Part shown: piece by piece, positions 6,452 to 7,684 of the stretch
Layout of the letters: the number at the start of each line of letters is the position of its first letter
How positions within the stretch are numbered: position 1 is the stretch's first letter
Origin: Candidatus Diapherotrites archaeon CG08_land_8_20_14_0_20_30_16
GTDB lineage: Archaea > Iainarchaeota > Iainarchaeia > Iainarchaeales > 0-14-0-20-30-16
Direction: 5' to 3'
Assembly (NCBI GenBank): GCA_002779075.1
Contig: PEXK01000007.1
Coordinates: 1 to 7,684 of the forward strand
Length of the DNA: 7,684 nucleotides
Program-made: the position numbers and the translations under genes
Notes under the pieces: model-generated
What the model was told of the DNA's origin: nothing
Seen by the model: only the letters and a program-made list of their open reading frames with translations
The model's database searches: none

Positions 6452-6497
6452 TATCCCCCTTTAACTCATAGAATTAAATATATCTGGCATGAAAGAG

Positions 6498-6507
6498 TAT
6501 TTAAAGG
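6498..6507 (-). promoter_or_regulatory. TATA-box-like element for the Tyr-rich gene
   Basis: The minus strand reads CCTTTAAATA. The centre is 51-54 nt upstream of the ATGs at 6451/6448. Confidence 0.4.
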
Positions 6508-6533
6508 TATCTTTTAGGTTTAAAATAGGCAAA

Positions 6534-6567
6534 CATAAAAAATAATAAAAAGGGTTCTTACGAACCC
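6534..6567 (-). terminator. GNRA-loop hairpin plus T-tract terminator downstream of eL41
   Basis: The minus strand reads GGGTTC-GTAA-GAACCC (6552-6567), 10 nt after the eL41 stop. It is followed by TTTTTATTATTTTTATGTTT. Confidence 0.5.
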
Positions 6568-6577
6568 CTAATAGATC

Positions 6578-6706
6578 TTACATTGATCTTTTCTTCATAT
6601 ATCTTTTATATTTGGCATTCTTTCTCATCTTTTTCTTATGCCATTTCCATCTTTGTCTAGATTTAGTCTTTTTGAAACGACTAGAATCTTTATGTCTATG
6701 TCCCAA
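6578..6706 (-). CDS. rpl41e: Ribosomal protein eL41 (L41e), 42 aa, TTG start; absent from the supplied ORF track
   Basis: The minus strand reads GAGGTG-TAAAT-TTG GGA CAT ... and translates to (M)GHRHKDSSRFKKTKSRQRWKWHKKKMRKNAKYKRYMKKRSM*. The core SR..K..SRQRWKWHKKKMRK matches my recollection of Methanocaldococcus L41e (..SSRRWKKKGRMRWKWYKKRLRRLKRERKRARS) and the eukaryotic eL41 theme RAKWRKKRMRRLKRKRR. There is no in-frame ATG. The Shine-Dalgarno spacing (5 nt) equals that of the Lys-rich gene. Confidence 0.75.
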   Translation of the reverse strand: MGHRHKDSSRFKKTKSRQRWKWHKKKMRKNAKYKRYMKKRSM

Positions 6707-6745
6707 ATTTACACCTCTTCCCAACCCTATTTCTAGGTGGTACTT

Positions 6746-6759
6746 GGTTCTTTCGAACC
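6746..6759 (-). other. GNRA-tetraloop hairpin in the eL41 upstream/5' leader region
   Basis: The minus strand reads GGTTC-GAAA-GAACC, 40 nt upstream of the TTG start. It matches the core of the terminator hairpin at 6553-6566 except for one loop base. Confidence 0.4.
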
Positions 6760-6837
6760 GTTTACTGCTTTTTAAAGCTGTAAATATAATATTTTATATA
6801 TCTTTGCAAGTCATCCTTCTGATGCCTTAGCAATGCA

Positions 6838-6868
6838 AAGTTTAAGATTTTTACAAAATCTCAAACTT
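6838..6868 (-). other. Long AT-rich hairpin (14 bp, 3-nt loop) downstream of tRNA-Glu
   Basis: AAGTTTAAGATTTT-TAC-AAAATCTCAAACTT. The only imperfect position (6844/6862) is an A/C mismatch on the plus strand but a G-U wobble on the minus strand. This points to a minus-strand RNA structure. Confidence 0.45.
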
Positions 6869-6871
6869 GTA

Positions 6872-6907
6872 CATTAACAGCTCTTGCTTACGCAAGCCAT
6901 GTTAATG
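6872..6907 (-). other. Two-tier hairpin abutting the tRNA-Glu 3' end (trailer structure)
   Basis: The outer 8-bp stem pairs CATTAACA (6872-6879) with TGTTAATG (6900-6907), and its last 2 nt are tRNA positions 72-73. A 3x3 internal loop follows. The inner stem is CTTGC-GTAA-GCAAG on the minus strand (6883-6896), again with a GNRA loop. Confidence 0.45.
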
Positions 6908-6977
6908 CCCCCGCCGGGAGTCGGACCCAGGTCTCAAGCTTGAAAGGCTTAAATGATAACCGCTACACTACGGGGAC
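6906..6977 (-). tRNA. tRNA-Glu (anticodon UUC), 72 nt, no intron, no encoded CCA
   Basis: Hand-folded cloverleaf: acceptor GUCCCCG/CGGGGGC (U2-G71 wobble); D arm GUGU-AGCGGUUA-UCAU; anticodon arm UAAGC-CUUUCAA-GCUUG (UUC at 34-36); 4-nt variable loop AGAC; T arm CUGGG-UCCGACU-CCCGG; discriminator A. This is the only GC-rich island in the window. Confidence 0.9.
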
Positions 6978-6982
6978 CTATC

Positions 6983-7002
6983 CTTTCTTTTGTAAAAGAA
7001 AG
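6983..7002. repeat. Perfect 20-nt palindrome CTTTCTTTTGTAAAAGAAAG, 6-25 nt upstream of tRNA-Glu
   Basis: Arms 6983-6991 and 6994-7002 are exactly complementary. As RNA this would be an 8-bp stem with a 4-nt loop. Confidence 0.5.
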
Positions 7003-7010
7003 TCTAGTGT

Positions 7011-7042
7011 AGAAGATTGTGTGTTTTCACACATAATCTTTT
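7011..7042. repeat. Imperfect inverted repeat/hairpin (AAGATTGTGTG-TTTT-CACAC-AT-AATCTT)
   Basis: GTGTG (7019-7023) pairs with CACAC (7028-7032). AAGATT (7013-7018) pairs with AATCTT (7035-7040). There is a 2-nt bulge at 7033-7034. Confidence 0.45.
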
Positions 7043-7048
7043 ACAACT

Positions 7049-7076
7049 TGTCAAAAGTCATTTTGCCCTTTTGACA
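7049..7076. repeat. Inverted repeat TGTCAAAAG-N10-CTTTTGACA
   Basis: 9-bp complementary arms at 7049-7057 and 7068-7076, with the 10-nt spacer TCATTTTGCC. Confidence 0.45.
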
Positions 7077-7099
7077 CTGAATTTGCCAAAGAAAACACA

Positions 7100-7115
7100 G
7101 TGGGATAAATCCCAC
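7100..7115. repeat. Perfect 16-nt palindrome GTGGGATAAATCCCAC
   Basis: Arms 7100-7106 and 7109-7115 are exactly complementary. It is the most GC-rich of the four intergenic palindromes. Confidence 0.5.
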
Positions 7116-7194
7116 AAATAATGTATTTGATTTTGCAAATAGCAATTAAGTTAGTAATATATATCTGAAGTGAAATATTTATATATAGTTAGGG

Positions 7195-7204
7195 TATAAA
7201 TATA
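7195..7204 (+). promoter_or_regulatory. TATA-box-like element for the radical SAM gene
   Basis: TATAAATATA follows GGG. The centre is about 53 nt upstream of the point where the radical SAM reading frame opens (7247-7255). That matches the spacing at the other promoters in the window. A second candidate, TTTATATATA, lies at about 7178-7187. Confidence 0.35.
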
Positions 7205-7303
7205 TTACAAATTAGGAATCTGATTTAAATTAACTAATTAAAATAAGGTGGTATTTTAAGTGTAAAATCAACTGTTATAACCAAGCTTCTTAAGACTGTT
7301 CTT

Positions 7304-7684
7304 TTGAATAAGAATTTGAGGAAATTGGTTCAAGGCAAGTTTGAAAAGCAATTATACAAATCAATTGTTGAAGAATCAAATAGTAATTTACCAAAAGTAG
7401 CAAGAGAAGACAAATTTAATGGTGTAAAGGCAATGTATTTGTCTACTTTAAGGAATGTTGATAGGGGGTATGTAAAAAAGGGAGTTGCAAAGAAGATTAT
7501 TAGTACATTGGTTTTAGCAGCAATGGTAGACACTCCAGAATCTTTGAAAATAAAAGCTCAATACAAAAAGAAATATGGTCGTGGTCTACCTGGACTTTTA
7601 GTTTTAAGTCCAACAAAAACGTGCAATTTGAAGTGCATGGGTTGTTATGCTTCTTCATCAAGTGCTGATAAAAACACTTTAGAA
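7304..7684 (+). CDS. Radical SAM enzyme, N-terminal part (runs off the right edge); start uncertain
   Basis: The frame is open from 7247 to the window end. The CNLKCMGC motif (CxxxCxxC, Cys codons at 7622, 7634 and 7643) is preceded by GLPGLLVLSPTKT. TTG at 7304 is the first canonical in-frame start; TTG at 7325 has GAGG upstream; the first ATG is at 7433. An AAGGTGGT Shine-Dalgarno at 7245-7252 suggests the real start may be near 7253-7262 (see findings). Confidence 0.8.
   Translation, partial: MNKNLRKLVQGKFEKQLYKSIVEESNSNLPKVAREDKFNGVKAMYLSTLRNVDRGYVKKGVAKKIISTLVLAAMVDTPESLKIKAQYKKKYGRGLPGLLVLSPTKTCNLKCMGCYASSSSADKNTLE

Noticed and set aside
6118-6830. Plus-strand ORFs 6118-6324 and 6612-6830
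   Set aside because: The first is antisense to the Tyr-rich gene. The second is antisense to eL41 and its leader. The minus strand explains both regions, with Shine-Dalgarno, promoter and terminator signals.
6838-7115. CRISPR array or repeat family formed by the many hairpins
   Set aside because: The hairpins have unrelated sequences, irregular spacing and no direct repeats. No cas genes are in the window.
6906-7125. Split, permuted or intron-containing tRNA, as in Nanoarchaeum tRNA-Glu halves
   Set aside because: The tRNA-Glu folds as a continuous 72-nt cloverleaf with a normal 7-nt anticodon loop. The flanking hairpins do not complete a second cloverleaf.
6830-7250. Integrated mobile element using tRNA-Glu as an attachment site
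   Set aside because: The GC-rich tRNA 3' end (CCCGGCGGGGGCA) is not duplicated anywhere in the window. No integrase or transposase is present, and the flanking genes look native in composition.
7095-7250. Replication origin: CAGTGGGA resembling the CAGTGGAAA core of archaeal ORB elements, next to a very AT-rich stretch
   Set aside because: Only a 6-nt match to the ORB core, a single copy arranged as a tight palindrome, and no orc1/cdc6 gene adjacent. It is kept only as an alternative in the hairpin finding.
7121-7250. C/D-box sRNA, or a small RiPP precursor ORF (MYLILQIAIKLVIYI, 7121-7168), upstream of the radical SAM gene
   Set aside because: CTGA (D-box-like) occurs at 7165-7168 and 7220-7223, but there is no RUGAUGA C box on either strand. 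The 15-codon ORF has no Shine-Dalgarno and lies upstream of the putative promoter. With only the enzyme's N-terminus visible, a RiPP role cannot be supported.
7330-7533. Minus-strand ORF 7330-7533 (67 aa)
   Set aside because: It is antisense to the radical SAM N-terminal region, which stays open for more than 140 codons and ends in a CxxxCxxC motif.
7304-7684. Radical SAM gene as Dph2, which would link it to dphB
   Set aside because: As I recall, Dph2 is a non-canonical radical SAM enzyme without the CxxxCxxC motif. This protein has a classical CNLKCMGC cluster after a long N-terminal extension, so it belongs to a different family, unidentified from this fragment.

Overview
This is an AT-rich (about 30% GC by eye), tightly packed fragment that reads as archaeal, probably from a small-genome DPANN-like lineage. 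Support: diphthine synthase (an archaeal/eukaryotic EF-2 modification enzyme), a ribosomal protein eL41 gene missing from the ORF track, TATA-like boxes about 47-55 nt upstream of start codons, GGTG-type Shine-Dalgarno motifs, and use of all three standard stop codons. The minus strand carries a truncated secreted protein (1-145) and a four-gene operon with 4, 8 and 1 nt gaps: endonuclease IV family, a Cys-rich transglutaminase-like surface protein, a 215 aa orphan, and dphB. It also carries a membrane-anchored tandem-HKD (Nuc/PLD-like) protein, a secreted protein that is 26% tyrosine, eL41 (TTG start) and tRNA-Glu(UUC). The plus strand carries a 33% lysine protein with an acidic tail and the 5' part of a radical SAM enzyme. 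I found no rRNA, CRISPR array, transposase, integrase or reverse transcriptase. Two things deserve a second look. First, the run of unusual exported or surface proteins: the Tyr-rich protein, the extracytoplasmic double-HKD protein and the Cys-rich transglutaminase-like protein. Second, the hairpin-dense, non-coding-rich region at 6534-7250 around eL41 and tRNA-Glu. It holds three hairpins whose loops are GNRA only on the minus strand, two being copies of a 14-mer that brackets eL41. It also holds four unrelated palindromes upstream of the tRNA. All functional calls come from motif recognition by eye. No database search was run.
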